Of a DNA stretch of 64,000 nt, positions 25,780-39,399 are shown piece by piece. Made by a program: the position numbers and the translations under genes. The DNA comes from the human T2T-CHM13v2.0 reference genome, Homo sapiens, in assembly GCF_009914755.1 (NCBI RefSeq), contig NC_060931.1; one strand, 5' to 3'. The notes under the pieces are model-generated. The model did no database searches. It saw only the letters and a list, made by a program, of their open reading frames with translations, and was not told where the DNA came from. How positions within the stretch are numbered: position 1 is the first letter of the stretch; the number at the start of each line of letters is the position of its first letter.

Positions 25780-28662
25780 GTTGTCTAACAAATACACCAA
25801 TATGTCTGACCCTAGAAGATGTAAATTTATTTGACTTGATATTTACTATTGATTATACAGATTTTCTTGTAATGTTTTTGATGTAATGTCATATTATTGA
25901 TATTTGACAGTTATAAAATTATATATAAATTTATAAATAACTGATAAAGTACAATTTTTTTAATAAAGGTAATCCAAAAAGTTATGGTTTTTTTTCTTGG
26001 CTCTTCTTTTCTTTACCATTTTTGTGCCTAACCTAGCTTTCTTATTTCAACATTCTTTTTCCACAACTGAATATAAAATACAATTTTTAGAAATTTCCAT
26101 TTAAACTGAATTTATGTCTCTATCATATTCTCATTATTGAGTTAAATAAAAGATTGCCACATCCTCACTATTCATTTGTTTGAAAATTATGTTTTAAAAA
26201 TTTGAAAATTATACTTTGACAGTGACAAGTTTTTTATTTTAATTTCATTTTGTTGTTGTTGTTGTTTTTTAAGACTGGAAGACGTTTGCACATTGAAATA
26301 TAAAGGTAAAAAGTGAAGAGATAACAGGAGATTCTATCTGGAAGTGAGACTGCCCTGACATCTAGTAACTAGCAAGAATGTGAGTTATACTCTATTATTA
26401 GTATAAGATAGATGGTCCAAGAACAAGCAAGTCCAGAAAAATGCATACGGTAGTTTAAAGTCAAGAAAAACACGCAATTTAGATAAGTCCTGGGGTGTAC
26501 AGTCTATAGTTTTAGGTTTAGAATAAAAAATTAGACCAGAGATTTGTAAAACATAGTGTAGGCATTCACATGAAATAATATAACCATTTAAAGTACTTGA
26601 TATTACCTGTCTCCTGGCTTTTTACTCTTCTTTATTAGTGTTTCAGATTGTTTGGACAGAGAAAAAATCAATAAGAAAGCAAAAAGATAACGGAGTAAGC
26701 TCATAGAAGAACCCAGAAGAGATAGGATAAAAATTTTAGTGTAAAAGTTCTTTCCCTGCATCAAAGGTCTAAATTAAGGGACTAAGTCAACTAGCCTTAT
26801 GCCTAGACTTGATTTTCTTCATCTATCCAATAAGGGCATTGACATTGCTATAAGGCTTTTAAACCTGTAAATTTATTTAATTTATTATTCTAACACGAGG
26901 GTAAGAACTTAAGTATGCTCATGTTTACTCATTCAACAAATATATGTGTTATATCTATTATTTTATGCACCTTAAGAAATATAACATGATATAAAGGAAG
27001 TCCCCAAAATTTCAAAAATCTATTTTTATACATGAGAGAGTTTATGTATGACCTATGTATGAACTGTTTTATCAGTAAATTATAGGTTGTGATCCATTTT
27101 GTTCAAGCAATGATTGGAGAGTACAGCGTTGTGGGTAAAATGTGACAATGTTTCTATGTTGAAAGTGTTCTTCTGTTATCTAGACTTGACATAAAACAAT
27201 GCTAGAACATGGTAGGCATTCTGTAAACATCTGCTCAATGAACAATTGCCTACATGAACAAATGGAAGAATAAAATTAGGAGCAAATTGTTTTTGTGTAG
27301 CCTTTATTCCTAGTTGAAACATAAAATACATAAGCAATAAAGAAGCAAGATAATTGCAGATTATGTTAAGTGCCATGAAAGAAATAGGTTGGTGAGTTAA
27401 GGTAACAAGAGGAGACATTGTCCCCCCAACTTCTACCACCCCCCTTTCACAATCACCAACAATGATGTATGGCCAGAAACCCAAGCAGCTGGGGTTTCAT
27501 AACTCCTATTGTAATCAGTTATTGGCTAAGAGCCCCAGAGGTGGCTGCAACAGATATAAATTCCTAGGCACTTCTAGGTCTTTTAGCCTGTGGACAAAGC
27601 AGGCCCTCAGTCCAAGAGCTACACTCTTCTTCAGTACAGTAGCCCCTGCAAGCCTTTGGAGGTGAAAGCACGCTGAATCAAGGAAGAGGTACACAGAGAT
27701 GATAAAGGGATCCAAAGGAATCTGGGTTGATAGTTTCCATTGAAATGGACAAACTTGTCTACAAGTATCCTTATTATCAGCAAATGCTCAGAAAATCCTA
27801 TGACTTTGTGAGATATTTCTGAATGATATTGACTGTTAACACTGTCTTTTGAATTTAATCACCAACACAAGATCCCAGGTATGTAATCTAATCATGAGAT
27901 GAAAATTATACATTTTTTTCTCTGCCATAACTTCATTATTGCTATTCTACAGTGCAAAGCAAAATTGGCCAAAGGCTAGAGGTGGCATTTTCTCTGATGT
28001 TTTAACAGTTGTAAATATTTTGTGGTTTTCTTTTCAGAGCTTTGAGCTATCTTCAATGTTTTTGTTTCACTTTATTATTTTAATTATTAAATATATAACA
28101 CTTCAAATTTAGATAATACAGAAGGTACAATTTATTTTAATAAAATCTAAGTATAAGTGATGAATTATCTCTGTAGCAATTGGTACAATTTATTTCCAAA
28201 AAAAAAAAAAAAATGTAGGTATTACCTAGGTTTTCTTGTAGAATTTTTATAGTTTCAGGTATCTTAGTACAGAAAATCATAATGCTTATAAATATGTTGA
28301 AGTGCCGGGAGAGCAAATGTTAGGGTAAGTTGTCAGCTTTCCATAAATCCTGCAGTAATCCCAGGAAACCATCATGAATGATCTCGGCTGCCTATTGGAG
28401 GAAAACACCCAGAAAAATTTTGCAAAGCCTTACAGAGGGGCAGTAATCATCTTTACTTGCATTCTTCTACAGCTCACTCCATATCTTTCTTTCATTGGTA
28501 AACTGGGATCCAGCTGACAATGGATTCTGGGAAATATGAGTTCTAGGATTCTAGTTTCTGTGACACAGAGAAGGTCAATCAACAGAATAATGAATGCTGC
28601 TTGGCAAAACAAAACAGAGCAATATTCTGGACAGTTCTTCAATATCTAAGGCTTCATGGTGG

Positions 28663-29073
28663 ATGCTGCGATGTGGCATTCAGACCCTCCTGGAGAAATG
28701 AAGGATTTATTCTCCCAGCAGCTTGGAGTGCTGATTGCAGAGCACTCTATGCTATCAGCTGTCTTTGGGAACAGCTGCAGCTGAAGAGCATCGCCTGGCC
28801 TAGGAGAACACCCCTTTTCCAGGGCAGCCTGTAACCACTGATGGATAAACGTGAGGGCTTAGTGGCTTGGCCTCCTCATGCCAACTTCTCACTCATTCCT
28901 TCCCTATAAGGTCAACTGAGGCTTCTGAGATTGTGGCACAATTCTGTATCTCCCTGTGGCCAACCCTGCTTTTTTTCTCTTCCCTTCCCTTGACTTTAAG
29001 AACATCACCTAATAAATCTTTTGCATATTAATCTCCATCTCTGGGTTGGTTACTGGGGAACCCACATGTGACA
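28663..29073 (+). mobile_element. LTR16-type (ERVL) solo LTR
   Basis: GAAGGATTTATTCTCCCAGC...CAGCTGAAGAG...CTAATAAATCTTTTGCA...CTCCATCTC...GGGGAACCCA..GACA. Confidence 0.7.
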
Positions 29074-29079
29074 AACACT

Positions 29080-30050
<971 letters not shown>

Positions 30051-30069
30051 AACAATCATCTTAACCAAT

Positions 30070-30400
30070 GTAAGTATTAGCCAGCTTTTGCTATGACACC
30101 AAATACTCTTAAAACACTGTGATTTATAACAGTAAATATCTATATCTTACTTATGGTTTGAGAGTCAGCTGCAGTTCTGCTTGGCTCTGTCTAGCTTATA
30201 TCAATGTGGCTCTGCCCCACATTTTGTCCTTAGGTGGAGGCTGATGGAATAGTCCCTGCTATTCCCAGGGAGGGGTTTAGGAGGAAGCTGGCCTAAGCCA
30301 ATCTATGCATTCTCATTCAAGCGTCTAGTCCTCATGACAAGTATCACATCCATGCACTTCTCATTGGCCAAAGCATGTCATATTGCCAAGGCTCACATTA
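30070..30400 (-). mobile_element. Old MLT1-type LTR (antisense)
   Basis: GTATTAGCCAGCTTTTGCT...TCAGCTGCAGTTCTGCT...TCATTGGCCAAAGCATGTCA. Confidence 0.55.
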
Positions 30401-31089
30401 ATGAGTTTTGTAATATGAAGTTTGCATGTTCTGCTTGTCTTTGTTTTACTGAAATTCAGTTTCTCTGTAAAAAACAAACTCATTTTCTTTTTAACAGGAA
30501 ATTCAGCAAATCATTATTTTTATGAATTCAGTCAATTCACAATGATCATTTCTGTTGTCATTGGTCTCTTTTCTGCCATCTTGCTTTATCCTCCCCTCTT
30601 TTCATCTTTCCTGTTTTTTCCTTCCTTCTTTCCACCTCCTACATTCCTGCTGTATTTATTGCTTTGTGTCTCTTTACTTTTCTATATTAATTTGAAGTGA
30701 AGAAATGCTAATAAACAGCCAAATGGCCAAAGGTAACTCCATAGTGTGACCTTGGAACATATGACCTCATCAGTAGAGACAAAAGACATCCCTGGAGTAC
30801 ACAACAGGTTAAAGTCTTATCTCAGGACATCTCAAGACAAAACCTAGCTTGTGTTACATATGTAAAATCATATGTAACACAATTTTATTCAATTATGTTA
30901 ATTATACAATCATAATGCCTAATGAACATTTGAACAATTATAATTCTTTGCATTAAATGTGATAGTAAATTTGTAAACTGTATTTGTAGGCAATACTAAA
31001 TTTGGTTCACAAAACCTGCCCTAACAGGTTATTTTTACCTTACCACAGAGAAATAGATAGATAAAAATAGATCATTATTATAAAACTAT

Positions 31090-31165
31090 TGCCAATCAAA
31101 CTAGAGTCTCTGGTAAAGGAACACAGGCATGAGCATTTTTTAAGGGTTCCTAAGTGATTCAAAAG
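31090..31165. mobile_element. MER5A-like DNA transposon fragment
   Basis: AGAGTCTCTGG...CAGGCATGAGCATTTTTTAAG..TCCTAAGTGATTC. Confidence 0.5.
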
Positions 31166-31454
31166 AGCACTTCATCTGACGTTCACCAAACTAGGTCAAA
31201 AACCCCATCTTATTCTTCATCCTTTCCTTACTCCTTTCTCTAAAGATGACAGATCAGATTGGTGAGTTTCACTAAGAAACAAAGTTCAGCCCCTTCTTTT
31301 CCTTCTCTTCCAGCCAGTCTGTGAGATGATGTGCTCTGATCTGTGATCTATCTCTGACAATAGGCCCACCCTCATGGAATTCTGGTTTTGTTCTGTCTTT
31401 GTTTTGGAAATAAATTGCACCAATTGCTACAGTGATAATTAATCACTTACTTTG

Positions 31455-31640
31455 TTTTAACTTTTTATTAGAGACAGGGTCTCATTCTGTCACCCAGGCT
31501 TGAGAACGGTGGCACAATCATAACTCATTGCAGCCTTGAACTCCTGGGCTCAAGCGATCCTCCCACCTCAGCCTCCCAAGTAGCTAGGACTACAGGTTCG
31601 TGCCACCATGCCTGGCTATGTTTTTATTTTTATTTGCAGA
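31455..31640 (-). mobile_element. AluJ right arm / FRAM-like partial SINE
   Basis: GAGACAGGGTCTCATTCTGTCACCCAGGCT...CCTTGAACTCCTGGGCTCAAGCGATCC; left arm missing. Confidence 0.85.
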
Positions 31641-31999
31641 AATTATGAGTGATTTTATTTTATTCTTTTCAGCTTTTATTTTAGGTTCAGGGGTTACATA
31701 CACAGTTTTGTTATATGGGTAAATTTCATGTCATGGGGGTTAGGTGTATAGATTTTTCCATCACCCAGGCAATAAGCACAGTACCCAATGAGCAGTTTTT
31801 CAATCTTTGCCCTCTTACCACCCTTGCCCCTCAAGTAGGCCCAGGTGCCTATTGTTTCCTTCTTTGTGTTCATGTATGCTCAGTGTTTGGCTCCCAATTA
31901 TAAGTGAGAATGGGCAATATTTGGTTTTCTGTTCCTGTGTTAATTTGCTTAGGATAATTGCCTCCAGGTCCATCCATGTGACTGCAAAGAGCGTGATCT

Positions 32000-32354
32000 T
32001 GTTACCGGTGGAGGGTGTCCAGGTTCTTGGCATCTTGAACAAATAATTGGACAAAACACACAAACAAAGCAGGAAGAAATGAAAGGATTATTGAAAATGA
32101 AAGTACACTCCACAGTATGGGAGTGGGCTTGAGCATAGGGGCTCAACAGCTCTGTTACAGAATTTGAGGGAGTTTAAATACCCTCTAGAGGATTCCATTA
32201 GTTACCTGGTGTGTGCCCTACGCAAATGAAAAGGATAAAGTAAAGTTGCGAAATCATTTATGGCTTATGCCCTATGCAGAGAATATTTCCTGTGACTGCT
32301 AAAGTGTGAATCAACCATATGTTCCCTGTCTCCGGACCCTGTTTTCCTGCCTCA
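32000..32354 (-). mobile_element. 3' LTR of provirus (MER51/MER61-like)
   Basis: Minus strand begins TGAGGCAGGAAAACAGGGTCCGGAG and ends CCCTCCACCGGTAACA; paralogous to 39036-39399. Confidence 0.92.
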
Positions 32355-32370
32355 TTTTCCCCCTGAGAGA
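32355..32370 (-). other. Polypurine tract of provirus
   Basis: Minus strand TCTCTCAGGGGGAAAA immediately precedes the 3' LTR. Confidence 0.8.
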
Positions 32371-33294
32371 TGTGATCCCCCAAAATTTTTATTGGAGTCA
32401 GAGGGACCAATGGTCTTTTTACTGTAACTGCTTCATGCTGGCTTGGGGCATGGTACCTACCTACTGGGGATCACGGACCTCTCTCCCTGCTCTGTCTAGT
32501 GGAGGCAGGGTAGCTCCTTGATGGCCAGGGTGGTTTCTTCACCTGGAACTGGCTGGAGCCTTTGTTGCATACTCATCTGAAGCTTGATGGTCTCTAGGTG
32601 AGAGGGAATGATGTTTGTTAAAAGATTTAATGGGAATTTCAGGGGTGTATACCTATGTGGTCAAGAATGTTTGTTATAGAGATTTGCAGGAGAAAAAACA
32701 AAAGCTGGTTTGTGATGTGTTCTAGAATCCACATGTTTTCTTAAAATCATAGCATAAGTCACTCCAGTTTAGTATGGTTTTGTTTGTTGGGGCCTAGTGC
32801 CTGAGCTCAGTCCAAAACAATGGCCTCCTATAATTTTGCTTAAAAAAATTCCCCCTTTTTGGTCAGGTTCTCACTTAGGTGAGAGTGTAACCAAAACTTA
32901 GGACCTTAGCACCACTCTCAGTTACCATCATTTTGGGTTTCTGGTCTCAGCGTGTCATTCATAGGTTATGGGGTCCTTATGGTTGCACATTTCTTTCAGT
33001 TCTTGTTATTCCAGTTGAAGAGAGACCATATGACATTCTAGAGATGGTTGCATGCAAGCATTTAAAACCTTTGAGAGAATACAACATGCTAGGGAGACTA
33101 TTATTATGACCACTGGGAGGATAATACCAAGAGTTTGGAGTATGCACCTTACCCAAGGTCCCTATAAGCCAAACTTCCTAAAGTCAAGTAGATTAAAGAA
33201 TGAGCTAGATAAGGAGTTTAATCACTTAACCAAGCAGTCTCTTTGTTAATCCCCTACCACTGAATTTCTATAATCTTCATTTAATGTATTTTTT

Positions 33295-33545
33295 CATAGG
33301 CCACAAGTGCCAGCAGCTGCACAGATACTTCTCTGTTTAGCCAATTCCATCATAACTTTCACAACAGAATTTAAAGACTGTTGTGTAACTAGCCTTTACA
33401 GTAGAATTTGCTAAAGAGCCCATCATGGGGAATACATTTCTAATCATTGCCTCTTTTACTTTAAACCATGGAAAAAGGACCTAACAAATGATGCCCTTCT
33501 AGAAGAGTAAAGGCCTCCTGGCAATGTTCTCTTTAACCCACGTTG
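33295..33545 (-). pseudogene. env: Decayed retroviral env SU/TM junction and TM ectodomain
   Basis: Manual translation with two frameshifts: RGLKR/TLPGGLYSSRRASFVRSF-FPWFKVKEAMIRNVFPMMGSLANSTVKA-VTQQSLNSVVKVMMELAKQRSICAAAGTCG (basic cleavage site, heptad SLNS..KV, degenerate CX6CC-like motif). Confidence 0.7.
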
Positions 33546-35099
33546 TGGGTTAAGAGGAGGGAACCAATGTTTTGTTTTTGACTGATTATGAGGCAACGTA
33601 TGTACCATTAAAGTTTCTTACCTACATTGGGCGTTTACACTTTATCTATCAAAGTATAAGTTTATCTATGTGTAAGGTTGGCTGCAAACTCCTTCACAAA
33701 TAAAAGTACACCCAATAAGTGCACATAACAGACCCCTTTTTCACTTCTATTGTTCATAGAGGCATAAGCAAGAAAAATATTCAAAGATAAGAGTTTCATG
33801 ATAGTAGAAGTCTTAATCTGTGAACTTGGGAAAAGCTGTTCACATCAAGGATGGCATCTTCCTGGGATAAATTTCCCTGGTTAGTTTTACCTTAAGGGTT
33901 CCAATGGGTGTACAGTTCTAAGAGTGTGGAAGGACCCTTCTCAGTTGCGAGATTTTGAACCCAAAGTTCAAGGCCCCAAAGTTTCGTTGTAGTGTGGATG
34001 GCAAGGACAGTATTTCTCTGATGTTCTCAGAATATCTGAACCATAAAAAGCTTTTCTTAACCTGGTGAAAATACACTGTAGCATAATAATCTACTGTTAT
34101 AACATCAGCCCTTTTGCATGGAAAAGCAACCGGAAAACGTGCATCGAAAATTACAATTGAATGAAATTTCTTTATAAAATGTTTAAGTGGCCTACCAGGT
34201 GACCAAATGTACCTGCAGCTTTAATTGTTTTCCCAGGAATATGGGATCAAACATTGATTATAAAATACTTTAGTAATTTGTAAGTTACCACACCAATGTA
34301 CTCAATTTGGATTATTTTATCTTTTCCATGATGAGTCATGAAACGCAGAACTTTTCATAATAAAAGCTTTAAGGAATCAGAAAGACAGGGCGACCATCCT
34401 GGTTCTCCATGAGTCCATGCTCGATTAACATTAGACTTATATCCTCTTGAATACCAGTTATTTTCCAAATTACGTGCATAGCACTGTTAACTGATGGGAT
34501 ATCATTGGAAATTTGACTTAGACTGTGGAGTTTATTCAAATGACATATTTAAACAACTTCAGTATCAACTGGTTTGATGTTAAAAATCTGACAAAGTATT
34601 TTCTTGATATTTAATTAGTTTTTTGTTCTACTTGGGTTAGTAGCTTTATACAAAGCAATTTGGTTATTTCTGTGGTTTGCAATAACTTAACATAACAACC
34701 ATAATTATAATTGATAGCATATACTTAGACATTAGGATTTTAAAAATCCCATACAATTTTGGAACATGTATTAGTATTATTCACAAATATATATCCTAAA
34801 GAAGATTGAACATCATTTTGGCAATCCCATGTAAATAAACATGTCAAATAATTCTGTTTATTTCTTTTCTGGATGTTTTCAGGGGCCTTCCGATCCATCC
34901 AAAAAGCCAGGCATTAGGAAAAACAATTTTGAAACTGAAGTTTGATTTTGGAATTCCAGATTACCATAGATTATTTATTTTGCCAAAATGGTGACTCAGA
35001 AATTTTAAAGAAGCAAAAACCTTTTATAACCTATTATAAAAAAATAAAAGAAAAAAATTCTGTTCTTACACCATGCATGTAAAACTGTTTCTAGTAGTC

Positions 35100-35392
35100 T
35101 TTTTTTTTTTTTTGAGACAGAGTCTCACTCTGCCACCCAAGCTGGAGTGTAGTGGCGCGATTTGGCTCACTGCAACCTCCACCTCCCAGGTTCAAGCGAT
35201 TCTCTTATCTCAGCCTCCCAAGTAGCTGGGACTATAGGCACGTGCCACCATGCCTGGCTAATTTTTTAATTTTTAGTAGAGATGGGGTTTCGCTATGCTG
35301 GCCAGGCTGGTCTCAAACTCCTGACCTCATAATCCGCCTGCCTCAGCCTCCCAAAGTGCTGGGATTACAGGCGTGAGCCACTGCACTTGGCC
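35100..35392 (-). mobile_element. AluS (Sg-like) inserted in provirus
   Basis: Full antisense Alu; degraded TSD T(C/A)TAGTA(G/A)TCTT. Confidence 0.95.
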
Positions 35393-37273
35393 TATAGTAA
35401 TCTTAATTTCATATTATAATGGCAACTCTTAGCAATTTTAATTTTAATGTAAAACCTGGTAAGTTATATTAATTAGGTGCTAGGCGCTGATAAGGTCTGA
35501 TTATTTCCAGCAAAGCTAAGGGCGTGACCAACTCCACATGTCACCAGGCCTTACCTATTTGTAAAGCCTGCAAGTTAAATGATTTTCAAGAGCCAAATAA
35601 GCAGTTTATGACCTTAAAGCATTTAGCAAACCTAATATTTGAACATAATTTAGACCACATGTTTACATTTTGAAGACATTTGTATTTTACCAATAATCTT
35701 TATAACTGTTTATTTCCTAAAGATTACTAAAGTCACATGAACTAAAAGGCATGACACTTTTTACTTTTCTGACAAAATATTTGATTTAAACTCTTATGAT
35801 TATTAAACCAATTAATTTAAGACTTTACAGAGGAGATAAACAGTGACTTTTACTTTTCATTTAACTGGTTTGCACAGAGAGAAAGAGGCCAGAGTCTGAC
35901 TGGTGAGAAATTTTTACCCTTTTGCTGGCATGCCAGGTTTATGATTTTTTTCTCCCTGAGTTGCAATAGCAACCCTGCTTGACTGTATGCAAACAAACAC
36001 ATTGCCATAAATTAAGAAAAGTCACAAATAGTTTACAAATTTTGGAGAAATTAGGCAGAGAGAGAACTATGACTCAAATTCTTTTTACAAAATTATACTC
36101 AACACGCTTAAAGTGTCAGGAAGCCTAAAATCCAGAAAGTTAGTTTAAGGGTAGAAAGTTGGTGTGCTCCATTAATTCCTGTGGGCCTGGCAAAGGTAGC
36201 TTAGGAATTCCAGACAAATGGAATGAATGATGACTTGCTAGAAATGCATAGAAAACAAAATAATTATTCACATAACCAAATAAAACCCTTCCACTAGGAA
36301 GTAAAAATCATCATTGTTTTATATATATGCATACACAAGTAAAGCCACAAGAGAATAAACAGCAAATGAATAAAAACTAGAAGCAAAAACAAATAAACAG
36401 GAAACCAACCCTAAAATTTCCTACACAATTTACCAAGGAGGCTACAGTGTTTCCTAGGGCCCCCCGAAACCCACATAATGGATATTTTCTTCCTGATACA
36501 CAATTTAATATCCCCAAGTTCACCACTATCACCATACATCCTATGCAATGAAGAAATTCACTTTAGGCACATGACCAGTAAGTACTCCAGTGCCAGCACT
36601 ATCCATGCAAAACAGTAAACATAGTGCGAAACAATGCAAGCATGTATGTGAAATTTGGCTCCACACTAAATCCAGCTTCATGCTTAACTATGTTAAAAAA
36701 TTAAATGGCCAAACTGCCAATGCGTTTCTTTACAATACTTGTTATTTTTCTTTAATCAAAGCTAAGAGCTTTAACTATGAAAATGTTAATTAGCCAAATG
36801 TCTTCAATTCTCTATCAGGTTTTAAAGAATATTTTATTATTTAAACTTTTCCACATCTTTCTCCCCTAATGATTACTACATTGTTTCATAAATAACCTTT
36901 TCAAATCTGTAATTTGAACTAACTTTTAGATATCTTCTGAATTAAACAAAATTATTCTTTTTTTTTCACTAATAACACAACCCTTTCTGGCACATTTTGT
37001 ATACAGAATTACATGTTAACTAGAATTATTTTCCTTAGTAACCTAAAACTTCAGTGAAACCCTAAAAAGCAAGAAATCCTGAACTATCAGATATGGGCAT
37101 TTATAGATAAGAACAATTCCACAATTTTTAGAAACATATTTCTCCGTATCACAACACTTTCTTAATTGGAAATGACCCAGATATTAAATGAGCATCAAAA
37201 ATAACTTTAAGATATTAATTTACAGAAATAGTTTACCTAAAACATTTATACTCAATTCTTTCACTTTTAACAA

Positions 37274-37530
37274 GGGAGACATGAGACATCAAGTAACATA
37301 GGTAAAATGAACATTGACTTGGTGCAGAAAGGTGGGACAATTTGAAGTTGGAAGGGGGCTTGGGAGCTTTCAGGTCACAGGTAGGTGGGAGACAAACAGT
37401 TGCATGCTTTTGAGTTTCTGGTTAGCCTTCTCAAAGGAAGCAATCAGACCTGCATTTATCTCAGTGAGCAGAGGAATGACTTTGAATAGAATGGGAGGTT
37501 GGTTTGCCCTCACTGTTCCCAGCTTGAATT
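37274..37530 (-). mobile_element. MER4A-like LTR internal fragment inside the proviral body
   Basis: AGGGAGACATGAGACATCAA...GCATTTATCTCAGTGAGCAGAGGAATGACTTTGAATAGAATGGGAGG...TTCCCAGCTTGA; no LTR termini. Confidence 0.75.
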
Positions 37531-38992
37531 AACACTGACATTTTAAATATCTAGCAAACACAAAGATAAAATTCAGACAAAATGTATGCTGACAATTCTG
37601 ATGGCATTTCTATTTTTGTTCCACCAATAATTGTAAAGCTAGCTTGTTTCATATAGTAATACTTAAGTCAGATGAACTTGAAAATTGCTTAGACTTATTT
37701 TCTTATGAGCGCTCTTTTACTTGTAAGCCAGTTTGGTAGACACAACATATAACAATAACTGTACATACAAATAAACACATCTAGACATGTATACACACAC
37801 ATAAATGAACATCCAGTAGCTGGGAACCTTAGCCATGAGATAGCAATACAAGCTTGCTGGCTTTACTTTGCCCAAATAGATAAGCCAATGAAGGCTTTGA
37901 GCCAAATTTTTAGGTAAGCAGTCTCCATGGCAGTTTAATTTTTAAAGGCCAAACCTCCCCAGACGCCAGAGAACACTGGGATCAAACAGTAACAAAGGAA
38001 GGCGTCACATGTTAACCAGGCCTCCTGCTTAGAATAGCAGCACAAAAGCCTGGGTACATGCAACACCATCCCACTTTCCCATTAGACAGTAAACTCCAGA
38101 TTCCGAACAGTGTAGGGGCCAAGCAGCATTGCACCTGTGAGAGAAAATTCTAAGGAGGGCTTAGTACTAGACCTCAGAACCTCTGCTGAGAGCATCCCCT
38201 TTTGGGAGGCTGGGAGGATCCCCCAGAGCATCCTCCTGTGGGGTTCAATCTTAGAGTGTCAGACGTCTCTGACCTTAGGTGGGCACCGGTGCCACTTTGC
38301 ATGCTTTCCCTCCAGAGCCTACTGTAAGCTGTCCTTTGGTACCAGGGCGTAATCTCCGACTTTTAGCATCCTTACAATTTGGTAAGGCCACACTTTCTTA
38401 TGATTCCCATTCCATGAACTTTAATGATAGGAACTGGAGGCTGGATGGGTTTCTTTTGCCGTTAGCCAGTTGAATAGGGGAAGGGAAATTTAGCCTGGGA
38501 AAAGAAGGTTTAAGTCACCTGAGACATGTGCGAGTTTGTTCCCAGTTGAGCCACATGTAGGGATCAGGGGCCAAACGTGGAAAAGATAAAATAAAGAGTC
38601 CTTCCCCATTCTGGGCGGGGAAATTATTCCCATTCATTCCAAGGCCTTCAGGCAATAACAGGGAGTGACCCCACCCAATTGCCCTCAATTTCCAAGGAGT
38701 TACTAGGAAACAGCCAGTGAAAGACTGAAAAAGAAAGAAAGGAAAAAAAAAAAAAAAAAAAAGACCCTGGTCCCTTAAGCAAACTGAGCAATGGGGGTTA
38801 GGCACCTCCACATGGAAACCCCTTTAGTTTCACTGGCCACAGCCAGAAACCTACAGTTGTTTTCCTCTTTAGGCACTGCCCAGCAAGGGTCACAAGTTGG
38901 AAAGGAAAAGAGAGAGCAACAGAGAGAAAGAGAGAGAGATTCCCCTGTATGGAGCAAAAAGGAAAGGATGAAGGAGAAAAATCCCAAGCTTT

Positions 38993-39004
38993 GGGCCTAC
39001 CTTC
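38993..39004 (-). other. Putative proviral major splice donor
   Basis: GAAG|GTAGGC on the minus strand ~10 nt downstream of the PBS. Confidence 0.45.
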
Positions 39005-39012
39005 TGGAATTT

Positions 39013-39030
39013 CTCCTGACTGGCTTGCCA
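39013..39030 (-). other. Primer-binding site, tRNA-Arg(ACG)
   Basis: Minus strand TGGCAAGCCAGTCAGGAG versus TGGCGAGCCAGCCAGGAG (complement of the tRNA-Arg-ACG 3' end): 16/18, 5 nt from the 5' LTR. Confidence 0.85.
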
Positions 39031-39035
39031 AAATA

Positions 39036-39399
39036 TGTTATTGATGGAGTGTGTCCAGTTTCTTGGCATCTTAAACACAGAATTGGACAAACTGCATAAA
39101 CAAAGCAGGGAAAGAATGAAAGGATTTATTGAAGATGAAAGTACACTCCACAGTGTAGTGTAGGAGCAGGCCCAAGCATAGGGGCTCGAGGGCCCCATTA
39201 CAGAATTTGTGGGAGTTTAAATACTCTCTAGAGGATTCCATTGGTTACTTGGTGTAGGCCCTATGTAAATGGAGAGGATGAAATAAAGTTACAAAGTCAT
39301 TTACTTGGTGTACGCCCTATAGAGAGGATATTTTTTCTCACAGCTGAAGTGTGAATTGGCATTATGTTCCCTGCCTCCAGATCCTATTTTCCTGCCTCA
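39036..39399 (-). mobile_element. 5' LTR of provirus (MER51/MER61-like)
   Basis: Minus strand TGAGGCAGGAAAATAGGATCTGGAGGCAGGGAACAT..., CCAAT, TATTTAAA, AATAAA, ends TAACA. Confidence 0.92.

Larger units (their letters stand above)
32000..39399 (-). mobile_element. Two-LTR ERV1 (MER4-group, MER51/MER61-like) non-coding provirus
   Basis: Direct LTRs at 32000-32354 and 39036-39399 (TG...CA), 4-bp TSD ATCT (31996-31999, 39400-39403), PBS and PPT in the expected positions, no long ORF. Confidence 0.93.

Noticed and set aside
38137-39198. Cluster of ORFs in the proviral leader as gag
   Set aside because: No recognisable gag motifs (MHR, CCHC); short and in several frames.
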